From an uncultured Bdellovibrionales bacterium (GTDB taxonomy: Bacteria; Bdellovibrionota_C; UBA2361; J135): a stretch of DNA of 64,000 bases. The stretch spans positions 708 through 64,707 of the forward strand of contig CAZFXN010000008.1 of assembly GCA_964523015.1 (NCBI GenBank). The letters are read 5' to 3'. Numbering within the stretch: the stretch's first letter is position 1; each line of letters opens with the position of its first letter. This document shows positions 41,988-51,609 of this stretch, in pieces. The notes beneath the pieces are model-generated. The model had not been told where the DNA came from, did no database searches, and was given only the letters and a program-made list of their open reading frames with translations. The position numbers and the translations under genes are program-made.

Positions 41988-42122
41988 TATTAAAACCTAA
42001 GATAAGTACGGGAAAATATAGAGAAACTATTCTTTTAATGTTATGCAGTTGTTTTAATGTTATGTTACAAAATTCTATAAGATCAGAGGCATCAGATAAC
42101 TTAGCTAACATACTGATCTTAT

Positions 42123-43094
42123 TTGGAATTAACAAAGCAAGTTGATTTATTAAAGCAACCTTCTGAAATAGTTACTCTCATAGCTCTAGCTATAGGGAGT
42201 GGATGTACCCCTCAGCAGAGCATTCCCTTGACTGAGGCAAATGATCTTTCACGCTCTTTAAGGAGAGATGATATACTCTTCAACAATATTATGCCGCAAC
42301 TACAACCTCAACTACGACCACGCGAGATCTTTATTTACTCTGGTGCAGGAGTAGCCGAGCGTTCACGCCGAGAGACTCCTGTTCTTTTAGAATCTCTACT
42401 TGCCTCATCTGGATATGAGACTTACCTAGTCAATGCCTCAGCTTTTAATGATCCTGACTGGATGGAAAAGGTGGCAGTTTTAATAATGCCAGGAGGATCA
42501 GACCTGCCGTACCTAAGACATCTTTCTGGTCACTATAACGATGAGATACGAGATTACGTTACCAAAGGTGGCAGTTACCTTGGATTTTGTGCCGGAGCAT
42601 ACTATGCCTCAGCTTTTATTGATTTTGATCGTGGAGGGGAGCTCGAAGTTTTAGGAGAGCGAGAATTGAAATTTTTCCCTGGTGTAACGAAAGGGCCAGC
42701 GTACGGGGTGGGCACATATTTCTATGGCTCTGATAATGGTGCTCGCATGGTTCCGCTTAAATGGTGCTGGGAGGAGGAAGAGGTGGGGCAGGATGTTCCA
42801 CCTTTAAAGATTTACTATAACGGTGGATGCATTTTTCTTGAAGCAGAGAAGTATCAAGGGGTAAAGGTCTTAGCTCGTTATGATGATATTCCAGGCAAAC
42901 CAGCAGCAATTATTGAATGTACTGTTGGAGAGGGCAGAGCGATACTATCAGGTGTTCATCCTGAATTTACCTTAGATTCTCTCCCAGTTCAGTCCCCCCA
43001 ATCTAAAGAAATCTATGCTGAGCATGCACAATTCGAGGCTGGCCGCGCTTGGCTACTAAATAACCTTTTAGAGCGCGCTGGGGTAAGCAGATAG
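42123..43094 (+). CDS. Class-I glutamine-amidotransferase-like (BPL_N-type) domain protein
   Basis: LIMPGGSDLPY...GGSYLGFCAGAYYA resembles a GATase1-like nucleophile elbow. The track start is TTG (42123); the alternative ATG at 42291 is in frame. Confidence 0.45.
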   Translation: MELTKQVDLLKQPSEIVTLIALAIGSGCTPQQSIPLTEANDLSRSLRRDDILFNNIMPQLQPQLRPREIFIYSGAGVAERSRRETPVLLESLLASSGYETYLVNASAFNDPDWMEKVAVLIMPGGSDLPYLRHLSGHYNDEIRDYVTKGGSYLGFCAGAYYASAFIDFDRGGELEVLGERELKFFPGVTKGPAYGVGTYFYGSDNGARMVPLKWCWEEEEVGQDVPPLKIYYNGGCIFLEAEKYQGVKVLARYDDIPGKPAAIIECTVGEGRAILSGVHPEFTLDSLPVQSPQSKEIYAEHAQFEAGRAWLLNNLLERAGVSR

Positions 43095-43184
43095 TAAACA
43101 GGGAGATATTTTAATAGAGTCACTTTCAACGTTGGATGTGAAAGTCTGAATTTAAAATTGGTCTTCTCTGTTTCCACAGCTCCT

Positions 43185-43673
43185 TTACCTCTCTCCAAAA
43201 GTCATCCTATTAAGCATCTGATTGTGAGCACTGTATAAAACTCTTAGGTTATTGCTCGATGATTTACCACCTAAAGCATATGGCTGGATGTGATCGAAAT
43301 TTAGATAATGCTTTTCTCCACAACGAACTCCGTCTTTAGATATATAAGAGCACTGATACCCGTTCTGTTTAAGGACAGATCGTTTCGTTACTGCTGGAAT
43401 ATATCTAGTATCTTTTAAAAAACTCTCTGATAGCTCTGGATTATCTCTTAAGCATCTAGCGCTCTCTATTCTTCGATAAGCCGAGCTCTCTGAATACCCT
43501 AATTTCCTAACACAGTAATCAAATAGACTAGAGTATCCAAGTTCAAGGTATAATTTTCTAATATCAAACTCACCTAAGTGAAGTAGAAATTTAAGTGTAA
43601 TCACTCTCTCTTTACTTCTTAGAGTTTCAATCCTTTCAGTTAATTCTAAATCAGTTAACTCTTTAATCTCCAT
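43185..43673 (-). CDS. HNH endonuclease family protein, short paralog of 83-1057 (DUF222-like N-term + HNH; central region absent)
   Basis: N-terminal 85 aa ~70% identical to the ORF at 83-1057. Intact HNH motif (CSYISKDGVRC...NFDHIQPYALGG...HNQ). Confidence 0.75.
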   Translation of the reverse strand: MEIKELTDLELTERIETLRSKERVITLKFLLHLGEFDIRKLYLELGYSSLFDYCVRKLGYSESSAYRRIESARCLRDNPELSESFLKDTRYIPAVTKRSVLKQNGYQCSYISKDGVRCGEKHYLNFDHIQPYALGGKSSSNNLRVLYSAHNQMLNRMTFGER

Positions 43674-43992
43674 AATCCATCTCCTTAAACGATCTATTTA
43701 AATCGCCACCATTAATAAATTATTTAATCCTTATAACATGAGGTTTTTCGGCGAACGGTAGGCCATCACCATACGCAGATCTCACCCTAAAACCAAAAAA
43801 CGAGGTGGCATTTTTAAATGAATTTTTATAGGCGATTTGTGGCTCTTTAATCGGTATCTTTGAGCGAATCGTGATCATTTAACGATATACAAGAAAAAAC
43901 CTTGTCAAGGTTTTTGATGGATATTTTGATATTTTTTTAATTTATTTTATTGGTTTACTATTCGATGGATCTACTTCCAATGTTGGAAGTAA

Positions 43993-44072
43993 AACAAAGA
44001 GAAAGGGAAAGAGGGCGATGGCACTATACTGTCTTCGTGCCAGTGCCCCTCCCTCTTTCCCTTTCTCTCCCT
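43993..44072. other. Long compound inverted repeat / stem-loop (outer arms GAGAAAGGGAAAGAGGG / CCCTCTTTCCCTTTCTC, inner 6-bp stem) in divergent intergenic region
   Basis: Seen directly. A second 8-bp palindrome (ACTTCCAATGTTGGAAGT) lies immediately upstream. T-runs flank the structure on both strands. Confidence 0.35.
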
Positions 44073-44205
44073 CTTTTCGGCCTCGCTTTTCGGCAAAAGC
44101 TTTTGAAATTCACTATAAAGTGATTTTATATTCCCCATCACATTTTCCTAAAAACCTGCCATAACAGAGCCATAACGCATTGGCTCAACTAGATCTTAAT
44201 ATCGA

Positions 44206-45519
44206 ATGGTAAAAACAGAGACAGAAACAGAGACAAAAAATTCAGGTGATGCCGTTTCAGGGGGCTCCAGCTCAGGTGGTGGCATATCAGGCTCCATATC
44301 AGGCTCCATCTCAAGTGGCGGCTTCCTAGCTAACAGTTTAATAGCTGCGGTTGCTATTGCAGGCTCTGCATCAGCTACAACCGAACATAGCCATGCCACA
44401 TCAAAAGAACCGAATCCTCATACCTCTACGAACACAGGATTAGATGATTTAAGTCATGCATCTTTATCAAACAGAGAAGTTGTAACAACTGCCTCCTTTC
44501 CAGTTTTATCATTAGAAAATTGTAAGCAACTAAGTCCAGAGTGGGTTAGATTTCTACAAGAGAATCTCAATCGGTACGGATATCAACTAAATCCCGATGG
44601 TGATTTTGGTCCAAAAACTGATGCTGCTGTCAGAAATTTTCAATCAATAACAGGGTTAAAAAAGGATGGTATCGTTGGTCTTGCAACTTGGAGTAAATTA
44701 ACCCCAGAGTATACTAGTGGTGCTTCCGTTACTCCCTCTACTACCCCTCAGCCAAAAGCCTCTGCAAAAAGTATAGTTCTTGAACCTACAAATGAGAAAG
44801 AGGATAACCTCTTTCTACCTAAAGCAGATCGAGAAGCGATCCGATCATCATGCACTGCGATTGCTCCTAACGATCTCCCCTTTCGTCAATCAATGATGTT
44901 CGTAGTGAAATGGGAGGGAGGATTTACGGTGGATCATGCCGGAGATACCATGATCGGCATTACTCGTCCATTTTACGATCAATACCTAAAGTCAGCTGGT
45001 ATAGATCCAAGTAGCGCTAAACCTATCTGCGACCTTACACTTAATGATGCAATATCTATTTACTATAAAAATACATGGCAGGGTGCACGGTGCTATGATG
45101 TCGCAAATGTTTACCGATTATGCCCGGTAAAAGATCAATTGGATTCAAAACTTTCAAATACATCATCGTTAGCTGTTGTAATAGCTAATGGTTCAATAAA
45201 TTATGGAACTGGTCGAGCACATGAATTTTTAAGAAGAGCCATTAATAATATAGATATAACTGGAGTAGGAGATCTGCCAATCAAAAGATCTTTTGATAAT
45301 ACCTGTTTAAATGCCGTTCAAACTTGCATGGAGCAGGGATTAGTTCCCGACCTTATCAAATCTTATCTTGCCATTGAAGAAACCCATTACAAAGCTCTCG
45401 GGGAGAATTCAAAATTTGAAAAATATCTCACTGGCTGGAGGAATAGACACAACAGCATCGCTTACCAGATCAGTAATCTAAATTCCGCTGGAGAACCAGA
45501 GCAACTAATAAGGCTGTAA
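44206..45519 (+). CDS. Peptidoglycan hydrolase: PG_binding_1 + GH108-family muramidase-like domain (+ probable PG_binding_3)
   Basis: PG-binding repeat (YGYQLNPDGDFGPKTDAAVRNFQSITGLKKDGIVGLATWSKL) and GH108 motif (FVVKWEGGFTVDHAGDTMIGITRPFY). The N-terminus is Gly/Ser/Thr/Glu low complexity followed by a hydrophobic anchor. Confidence 0.65.
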   Translation: MVKTETETETKNSGDAVSGGSSSGGGISGSISGSISSGGFLANSLIAAVAIAGSASATTEHSHATSKEPNPHTSTNTGLDDLSHASLSNREVVTTASFPVLSLENCKQLSPEWVRFLQENLNRYGYQLNPDGDFGPKTDAAVRNFQSITGLKKDGIVGLATWSKLTPEYTSGASVTPSTTPQPKASAKSIVLEPTNEKEDNLFLPKADREAIRSSCTAIAPNDLPFRQSMMFVVKWEGGFTVDHAGDTMIGITRPFYDQYLKSAGIDPSSAKPICDLTLNDAISIYYKNTWQGARCYDVANVYRLCPVKDQLDSKLSNTSSLAVVIANGSINYGTGRAHEFLRRAINNIDITGVGDLPIKRSFDNTCLNAVQTCMEQGLVPDLIKSYLAIEETHYKALGENSKFEKYLTGWRNRHNSIAYQISNLNSAGEPEQLIRL

Positions 45520-45555
45520 GTAGGTAGAAACTTATCTCTTTAGCTACTTTTTCCC

Positions 45556-45750
45556 CTATTTTTTCTCTACTTTTTTTTCTACTTTTTTCTCTACGGTTTT
45601 CCCTGGCTTTTTCTTAGCGGCTACTTTGGCAGTTCTAGCACTTTCTTCTGTTCTTTTTAGACGTGCTTTAATTTTGGTACGGTTACGTGTTTTTCCAAAT
45701 GAACCTGCGAAAATTTTCCCCTTAGTTGAACGTCTATCTCCCTTGCCCAT
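45556..45750 (-). CDS. Ribosomal protein bTHX homolog with Lys-rich C-terminal extension
   Basis: N-terminus MGKGDRRSTKGKIFAGSFGK closely matches the Thx consensus (GKGDRRTRRGKIWRGTYGK). The tail is (KKVE)n. Confidence 0.65.
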   Translation of the reverse strand: MGKGDRRSTKGKIFAGSFGKTRNRTKIKARLKRTEESARTAKVAAKKKPGKTVEKKVEKKVEKK

Positions 45751-45847
45751 GATCTATAATCCTGAATATAAAAAATTAACAATTGATGGCTTTGTGCTTT
45801 TAGCATCTGCCCATCAATTTCACTCTCAATTTAACAACAATTCGTAA

Positions 45848-46708
45848 CTAAATACAATTATGCCTCTGTAATTGATTAATCGTAGCCCTAAAGTCTTTTG
45901 GCAAGGGAGCTTCTAAAGTCACCCTACCGCTACCATTAGGGCCACCATTTGGGCTACCATTTGGGCTACCATTTGGATCGTTAAACACCAGCCGAAACGC
46001 ATGTAACGTTAAGCGGCTAATGATACCACGCTCAGCCACTTCCTCTTTGCCACGGTATTTTTTCTTAAACTCAGAGACCATCAAAGCCTTTCTTTGTCCA
46101 TAAAATGGATCAACAGCTAAGGAATGCCCAATAGATTTAAAATGGATCCGAATCTGATGCTGTCTCCCTGTTAGGGGCATAACCTCAACCAGGGAAAACT
46201 TCTTAAATTCCTGTATAACTTTATACCTAGTAACAGAGGGTTTTCCAGCAACTGGATCAATAGTTACCCTACCCGCCTTTCTACTATCCTCAGTAATAGC
46301 GGAGTCGATCTCCCCCTCTTTATTCTCTAAACGCCCATCAACTAGGGCTAAATAGGTCTTCTCGACTTCTCGATTCTCAAACTGTTGTGAGAGATCTTTG
46401 TGAGCATCCTCAGTTTTTGAAAATAGTACAACTCCACTTGTCTCTTTATCTATCCGGTGAACAATAAAGATCTCGCCATACTTTTCCTTTAAAATACCAT
46501 AAAGGTTTGGCAGGGCTGCAGCATACCGATCCGGTGTAGTTAAAAGTCCGGCTGGCTTATTAATGGCAACGATAGAATCATTCTCTAGCAGAAAAGTATT
46601 TGGCTTTAAATTATACTTCGGTGTCTCTGGCTCAATGATCCAAGGTTCCTGCTCATCATCAATAGAGCTATCTAGGTCATCGATTTCGTAATCAATCATT
46701 ATTTCCAC
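45848..46708 (-). CDS. RluA-family pseudouridine synthase (C-terminal NGSP repeat tail)
   Basis: HRIDKETSGVVLFSK catalytic motif and GRQHQIRIHFKSIGHSLAVDPFYG. The start codon is ambiguous (GTG 46708 or ATG 46699). Confidence 0.85.
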   Translation of the reverse strand: MEIMIDYEIDDLDSSIDDEQEPWIIEPETPKYNLKPNTFLLENDSIVAINKPAGLLTTPDRYAAALPNLYGILKEKYGEIFIVHRIDKETSGVVLFSKTEDAHKDLSQQFENREVEKTYLALVDGRLENKEGEIDSAITEDSRKAGRVTIDPVAGKPSVTRYKVIQEFKKFSLVEVMPLTGRQHQIRIHFKSIGHSLAVDPFYGQRKALMVSEFKKKYRGKEEVAERGIISRLTLHAFRLVFNDPNGSPNGSPNGGPNGSGRVTLEAPLPKDFRATINQLQRHNCI

Positions 46709-47142
46709 ATCGAGAACATAAAAAAGAAACCGAGGGTTCTAAAGAAAAGCGCGGTTTGAGCGATCTGCATATGCCTTTTTTTTGTAGTACTTTTCGCACT
46801 CCCAGTACCTAACCCAAATAAAAGCTTAAATCCAAAATAAAGTGTTGGAAAATAACAGAGCAGTGCGATCGTCGAGAAAAGAATATGGATCTGCTCAAGT
46901 GGCTTAAGACTAAACTCCATTGCAGTGCCGACTGCATCACGGGTAATTTGCAGATAAAGAACTAAGAGGATATCCAAAGTAATTCCGGTCAGCACAAAAG
47001 GCACATGAGATTTTCTATTGAACCTCTTAATGTAGCCGTAGATCATAGAGAGCCAGGCTAGAGTTGCTATGTACATGTAGATAGTCATAAGGAATGCTTT
47101 TAAAGATAATGGGGATATATAATGTCCTAAAGATATTGGCAA
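46699..47142 (-). CDS. Small polytopic membrane protein (4 TM), unknown function
   Basis: Hydrophobicity pattern only. Possible internal start. Confidence 0.4.
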   Translation of the reverse strand: MPISLGHYISPLSLKAFLMTIYMYIATLAWLSMIYGYIKRFNRKSHVPFVLTGITLDILLVLYLQITRDAVGTAMEFSLKPLEQIHILFSTIALLCYFPTLYFGFKLLFGLGTGSAKSTTKKRHMQIAQTALFFRTLGFFFMFSMWK

Positions 47143-47260
47143 ATTCAGTTTTAACGTGCAAAGCTCTCAATTTCATTCTTTAAATTTTAATGCTATGAAT
47201 TTAGTGGTGAATTCGTTTTTTTGAAGCTTAGGGCAGAATTTATTTAGGATACCAAATATT

Positions 47261-48673
47261 ATGGCAACTGAAGTGCGCGACCTTATTGTTCTTGGATCTG
47301 GACCTGGAGGCTATGTAGCCGCAATCAGAGCTTCTCAGCTCGGTCGAAAAGTTACCCTAGTAGAAAAAGCTGAATTAGGGGGCGTCTGTCTTAATTGGGG
47401 ATGTATTCCTAGCAAAGCACTCCTTCGCGCTGCCCAACTCTTTCATGACATCAAACGAGGTGGTGAGTACGGATTTGAGGTTGGTAATGTTAAACTAGAT
47501 TTTCCAAGTGTTATTCAAAGATCACGTGACGTTGCTACTAAGATGGAGGGCGGGGTCGCCTTCCTAATGAAGAAAAATAAAGTAGAGGTTGTTAAGGGCA
47601 CCGGCTTTATTGAGAAAGGAAAGATCCTCTCTGTTACTGATGCTAGTGGTAAAAAAACTCCCTACTCCTACAAAGATATTATTATCGCGACCGGTGCACG
47701 CGCTAAAGAGATCCCAAACTTAGAGGTTGACGGTAAAGTAGTTCATACGGCTCGCACTATTTTAAACCATAGGATTCTCCCGCAAAAGCTTTTAGTTATC
47801 GGAGCTGGAGCAATTGGAATGGAGTTTGCCTACTTCTTTAATAGCTTTGGAACTAAGGTAACAGTTGTTGAAATGTTGCCTCAGATTTTGCCAGTTGAAG
47901 ATACTGAGATAGCAAATGCGCTAGAAAAAATAATGGTTAAAAATGGAATGACTATTAGAACTAAAGCAAAGTTAGAAGATCTTAAAGTTTCCGGTAAAAC
48001 TCTCTCAGCTTCTATTATGACAGATAAAGGTGGAGAGAAAGGTGTGGAGAAATGGACTGGTGATACCTGCCTTGTCTCAATTGGTGTAAACCCAAATTCC
48101 CAAGGAATCGGATTAGAGAATGCTGGAATTACAGTTACCGATCGTGGATTTATTAAAGTTGATGGGTATCTAAAAACATCCGCACCGAATCATTACGCAA
48201 TTGGTGATGTTACTGGGCAACAGATGTTAGCTCACAAAGCGAGTCATGAGGGCATTATCGCTGCTGAATCTGCTTGTGGTAAGAATCCTCATGCAATGAG
48301 GTATGATAATATTCCTGGATGTACTTACTGCCAACCTCAGGTTGCCTCAGTTGGATTAACAGAACAAGCTTGCAAAGAAAAAGGAATCAAGTACCGAGTT
48401 GGCAAGATGCCATTTAGTGCTGTCGGTAAAGCCGTTGCAATCGGAGAAGCTGACGGTATGACTAAGGTTATCATCGACGATCAAATCGGTGAAGTCTTAG
48501 GTGTTCACATCCTTCACTCTGAAGCAACCGAACTAATCTCAGAAGCTGCAATAATTCGCTCTCATGAAGGAATTGCGGCAAGCGTAGTTGATACAGTTCA
48601 TCCGCACCCAACGTTGTCTGAAAGTATGATGGAGGCAATGGCGATTGCACTTGGTCGACCGATTAACTTCTAA
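47261..48673 (+). CDS. lpdA: Dihydrolipoyl dehydrogenase (E3)
   Basis: GSGPGGYVAAIRASQLG FAD motif, redox-active CLNWGCIPSK disulfide, and C-terminal HAHPTLSE interface motif. Confidence 0.92.
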   Translation: MATEVRDLIVLGSGPGGYVAAIRASQLGRKVTLVEKAELGGVCLNWGCIPSKALLRAAQLFHDIKRGGEYGFEVGNVKLDFPSVIQRSRDVATKMEGGVAFLMKKNKVEVVKGTGFIEKGKILSVTDASGKKTPYSYKDIIIATGARAKEIPNLEVDGKVVHTARTILNHRILPQKLLVIGAGAIGMEFAYFFNSFGTKVTVVEMLPQILPVEDTEIANALEKIMVKNGMTIRTKAKLEDLKVSGKTLSASIMTDKGGEKGVEKWTGDTCLVSIGVNPNSQGIGLENAGITVTDRGFIKVDGYLKTSAPNHYAIGDVTGQQMLAHKASHEGIIAAESACGKNPHAMRYDNIPGCTYCQPQVASVGLTEQACKEKGIKYRVGKMPFSAVGKAVAIGEADGMTKVIIDDQIGEVLGVHILHSEATELISEAAIIRSHEGIAASVVDTVHPHPTLSESMMEAMAIALGRPINF

Positions 48674-48710
48674 GGTTAAGTTTAATACCCAATTTCTATA
48701 AGTTGTAGCC

Positions 48711-49427
48711 ATGATCTCTGCTCTTAACCCTGCACTTATCGCTACACTCTATTTGGGCCAAACATCGTTCAAAGAGACATGGGAGCAACAAAAAAAACTT
48801 CAGCATGATCTAATTAAGGGTACTGGAACTGAGACACTACTAATCTGCGAGCACTCTCCAGTAATAACCCTAGGAACTAGCTCTAAAGATGAAAATATCC
48901 TTGTCGATGAATCCGGCTTAAAAAATCAAGGGGTAGAACTATTTAAAATAGAACGCGGTGGAGATGTCACCTATCATGGGCCAGGGCAACTAGTCGTATA
49001 TCCAATTATAAATCTCAATAATCATAAAAGAGATGTTGCTTGGTATTTAAGAAATCTTGAGCAAGTAATAATAGATACCCTTTCACATTTTGACCTTAAA
49101 TCGGGGACAATTGAAGGGAAAACCGGAGTCTGGACTAACCCCCCAGAGAAAGATAATAATAATGGTCCACGAGATAACCATCCGACGGTGACACAAATTC
49201 CGCTAAGGAAGATTGCTTCGATCGGTGTTAGAATCTCTCGTTGGTGCACTATGCATGGTCTTTCAATCAATGTCCGGAACTGCACCTCTGGATTTAATCT
49301 TATCAATCCCTGTGGATTTAAAGATATTGTGATCACCTCCTTAGAGCAGGAGGGCATCACCACTACTGTGGAGGATGTCGGCCTAATCTTTGAGGAGAAA
49401 TTTAAAACAATTTTTTGCTACTCATAA
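48711..49427 (+). CDS. lipB: Lipoyl(octanoyl) transferase
   Basis: RGGDVTYHGPGQLVVYP motif and catalytic region. Contains a ~25-aa N/P-rich insertion. Confidence 0.85.
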   Translation: MISALNPALIATLYLGQTSFKETWEQQKKLQHDLIKGTGTETLLICEHSPVITLGTSSKDENILVDESGLKNQGVELFKIERGGDVTYHGPGQLVVYPIINLNNHKRDVAWYLRNLEQVIIDTLSHFDLKSGTIEGKTGVWTNPPEKDNNNGPRDNHPTVTQIPLRKIASIGVRISRWCTMHGLSINVRNCTSGFNLINPCGFKDIVITSLEQEGITTTVEDVGLIFEEKFKTIFCYS

Positions 49428-49439
49428 TGGAGAGCGCGC

Positions 49440-51488
49440 ATGCCTAAGAAAATGACCCAACTTAAGGTCGTAAGTAAAAAACAACCTGAACTAAAGCTGT
49501 CAGCTAAAGATATCACTAAAGGATATATGGACATGCTGACCTCACGTTGGGTCGATGAAAAAACGATCATACTTTACAAGCAAAATAAATGTCACTTTCA
49601 GATTGGGTGTGCAGGACATGAGGCGGTACAAGTTGCGGCTGCTCAAGTTTTTAAACCAGCTAAGGATTGGTTCTACCCATACTATAGAGATATGGCCATC
49701 TGTGTCGGCTTAGGAATGACTCCTCGGGAGTTATTATTAAACGCTCTTAACAAACAGGATGATCCAAATTCACATGGCCGACAGATGCCGATGCATTATG
49801 GGCATAAAGATCTTAGAATTGTTAATCAAAGCTCCCCTACCGGCACTCAGCTTTTACAAGCCGTTGGTTGTGCTATGGGCGCAAAGTTAAATAAGCAAAA
49901 AGAAGTCGTTTATGTTTCTCTTGGTGAAGGCACCTGCTCACAAGGAGATTTTCATGAAGCGCTAAATTGGGCAGCTCGTGAGAAACTACCTGTTGTAATT
50001 CTTGTACAAAATAACGGTTATGCAATCTCAGTTCCAGTATCAGAGCAACTAGCTGGAAGTGCCTACACAATCAGTGCTGGATATGAAAATCTAGAAAGAT
50101 ACACAATTGATGGTACTGATTTCTTTGCTTCCTATGAAGCACTACAAGAAGCTTACAAAAGAGCACTTAAAGGTGACGGTCCAACTATAATTGAAGCTCA
50201 TGTGCCACGCCTTCAAAGTCACTCAATCTCTGACAATCATAAAAAATATAGATCAGAGGAGGATATTTCTAGCGATCAAGATCGTGATCCGATCCCTCAG
50301 CTTAAGCGGTATATTGTTAAAAATAAGATCCTCTCTTTAGATAAGCTTGCGCAGTTGGAAGCAGCTCTTAAAAAGCAGATCAATGAAGATGCTGAATGGG
50401 CAGAGAAACAAGCCGATCCATCCCCAGAGGATGCTCTAAAGTTTAACCTTGTTGATGAATATCCTGCTGATGTTACTGAGCCAGCGCGACCAACTGCGGA
50501 GGATGTCTATATAGTTGATGCGATCAACCATGCCCTGCATGAAGAGATGGATAGAAATCCTGAGATGTACATATTCGGCCAAGATGTTGCTCATGGCAAA
50601 GGCGGAGTGTTTACAGTTACTTCAGGACTAACTGCAAAGTTTGGAGTTAAGCGATGCTTTAATGCGCCACTAGCTGAAAGCTCTATTGCCGGAGTTGCAA
50701 TAGGACTAGCCACGCGCGGTCTAAAGCCAGTAGCTGAGATACAGTTCGGTGATTACATCTGGACCGCTATGATGCAGATCCGAAATGAGTTAGCGATGAT
50801 GAACTACCGATCTGGTGGTGATTTTACCTGTCCAGCAGTTCTTCGTGTTCCAGTTGGAGGATACATTCACGGAGCGGCTTATCATTCTCAAAACATCGAA
50901 GCCACCTTCTCTCATTTTCCTGGATTGATAGTGATCTATCCATCAAATGCAACTGATGCAAAGGGACTCTTAAAGTCTGCAATTCGCTCCAATGATCCAG
51001 TATTATTCCTTGAGCATAAAGGACTCTACCGACAAGTTTATGCAAAAGGGCCTGAGGGCGATGCTGACTACTTAACTCCTATTGGAAAAGCTCGAATTGT
51101 ACGGGAAGGCACACAAGCAACGATCGTAACCTGGGGTGCATTAGTTCAAAAAAGCTTACTAGCTGCCGAGGCGATGGCTAAAGAGGGAGTAAGTGTTGAA
51201 GTACTTGATGTCAGAACAATCTCACCACTAGATACTGAAGCAATTTTTAACAGTGTAAGAAAAACGAATCGGGTAATGATTGCACATGAAGATGTAAAGT
51301 TTATGGGCTTTGGTGCTGAGATTGCCGCACAGATCGCTGATACATGCTTCACAGAACTTGATGCTCCGGTAAAACGGGTTGGTATGAAATTCGCTGCTGC
51401 AGTTGGTCATGCCAGCGCTCTTGAAGATGCCGTTTTGCCTCAAAATCACGATGTTCTTAACGGATTAAGAGAGCTTCTCGCTTTTTAA
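49440..51488 (+). CDS. 2-oxoacid dehydrogenase E1 component, fused alpha+beta subunits (pyruvate/branched-chain type, TPP-dependent)
   Basis: 682 aa. The N-terminal half has the E1-alpha TPP-binding pattern (GEGTCSQGDFHEALN). The C-terminal half is E1-beta/transketolase-like. Confidence 0.85.
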   Translation: MPKKMTQLKVVSKKQPELKLSAKDITKGYMDMLTSRWVDEKTIILYKQNKCHFQIGCAGHEAVQVAAAQVFKPAKDWFYPYYRDMAICVGLGMTPRELLLNALNKQDDPNSHGRQMPMHYGHKDLRIVNQSSPTGTQLLQAVGCAMGAKLNKQKEVVYVSLGEGTCSQGDFHEALNWAAREKLPVVILVQNNGYAISVPVSEQLAGSAYTISAGYENLERYTIDGTDFFASYEALQEAYKRALKGDGPTIIEAHVPRLQSHSISDNHKKYRSEEDISSDQDRDPIPQLKRYIVKNKILSLDKLAQLEAALKKQINEDAEWAEKQADPSPEDALKFNLVDEYPADVTEPARPTAEDVYIVDAINHALHEEMDRNPEMYIFGQDVAHGKGGVFTVTSGLTAKFGVKRCFNAPLAESSIAGVAIGLATRGLKPVAEIQFGDYIWTAMMQIRNELAMMNYRSGGDFTCPAVLRVPVGGYIHGAAYHSQNIEATFSHFPGLIVIYPSNATDAKGLLKSAIRSNDPVLFLEHKGLYRQVYAKGPEGDADYLTPIGKARIVREGTQATIVTWGALVQKSLLAAEAMAKEGVSVEVLDVRTISPLDTEAIFNSVRKTNRVMIAHEDVKFMGFGAEIAAQIADTCFTELDAPVKRVGMKFAAAVGHASALEDAVLPQNHDVLNGLRELLAF

Positions 51489-51609
51489 TACGTCAGTGGT
51501 AGTTTTGCGGCACTTAAGGTAAAGTACACCTGCTGATTAAGCATGAGTATGCTTCAAAAAGAATTTTAGAATAATTATTTTTGATAAAAATAAAAAAAAG
51601 AGAATAGAT

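Noticed and set aside
44196..44399. Minus-strand 67-aa ORF overlapping the GH108 gene start
   Set aside because: It is an antisense artefact of the Gly/Ser-rich low-complexity coding region.
45626..45847. Plus-strand 73-aa ORF antisense to the bTHX gene
   Set aside because: It overlaps the better-supported Thx-like CDS.
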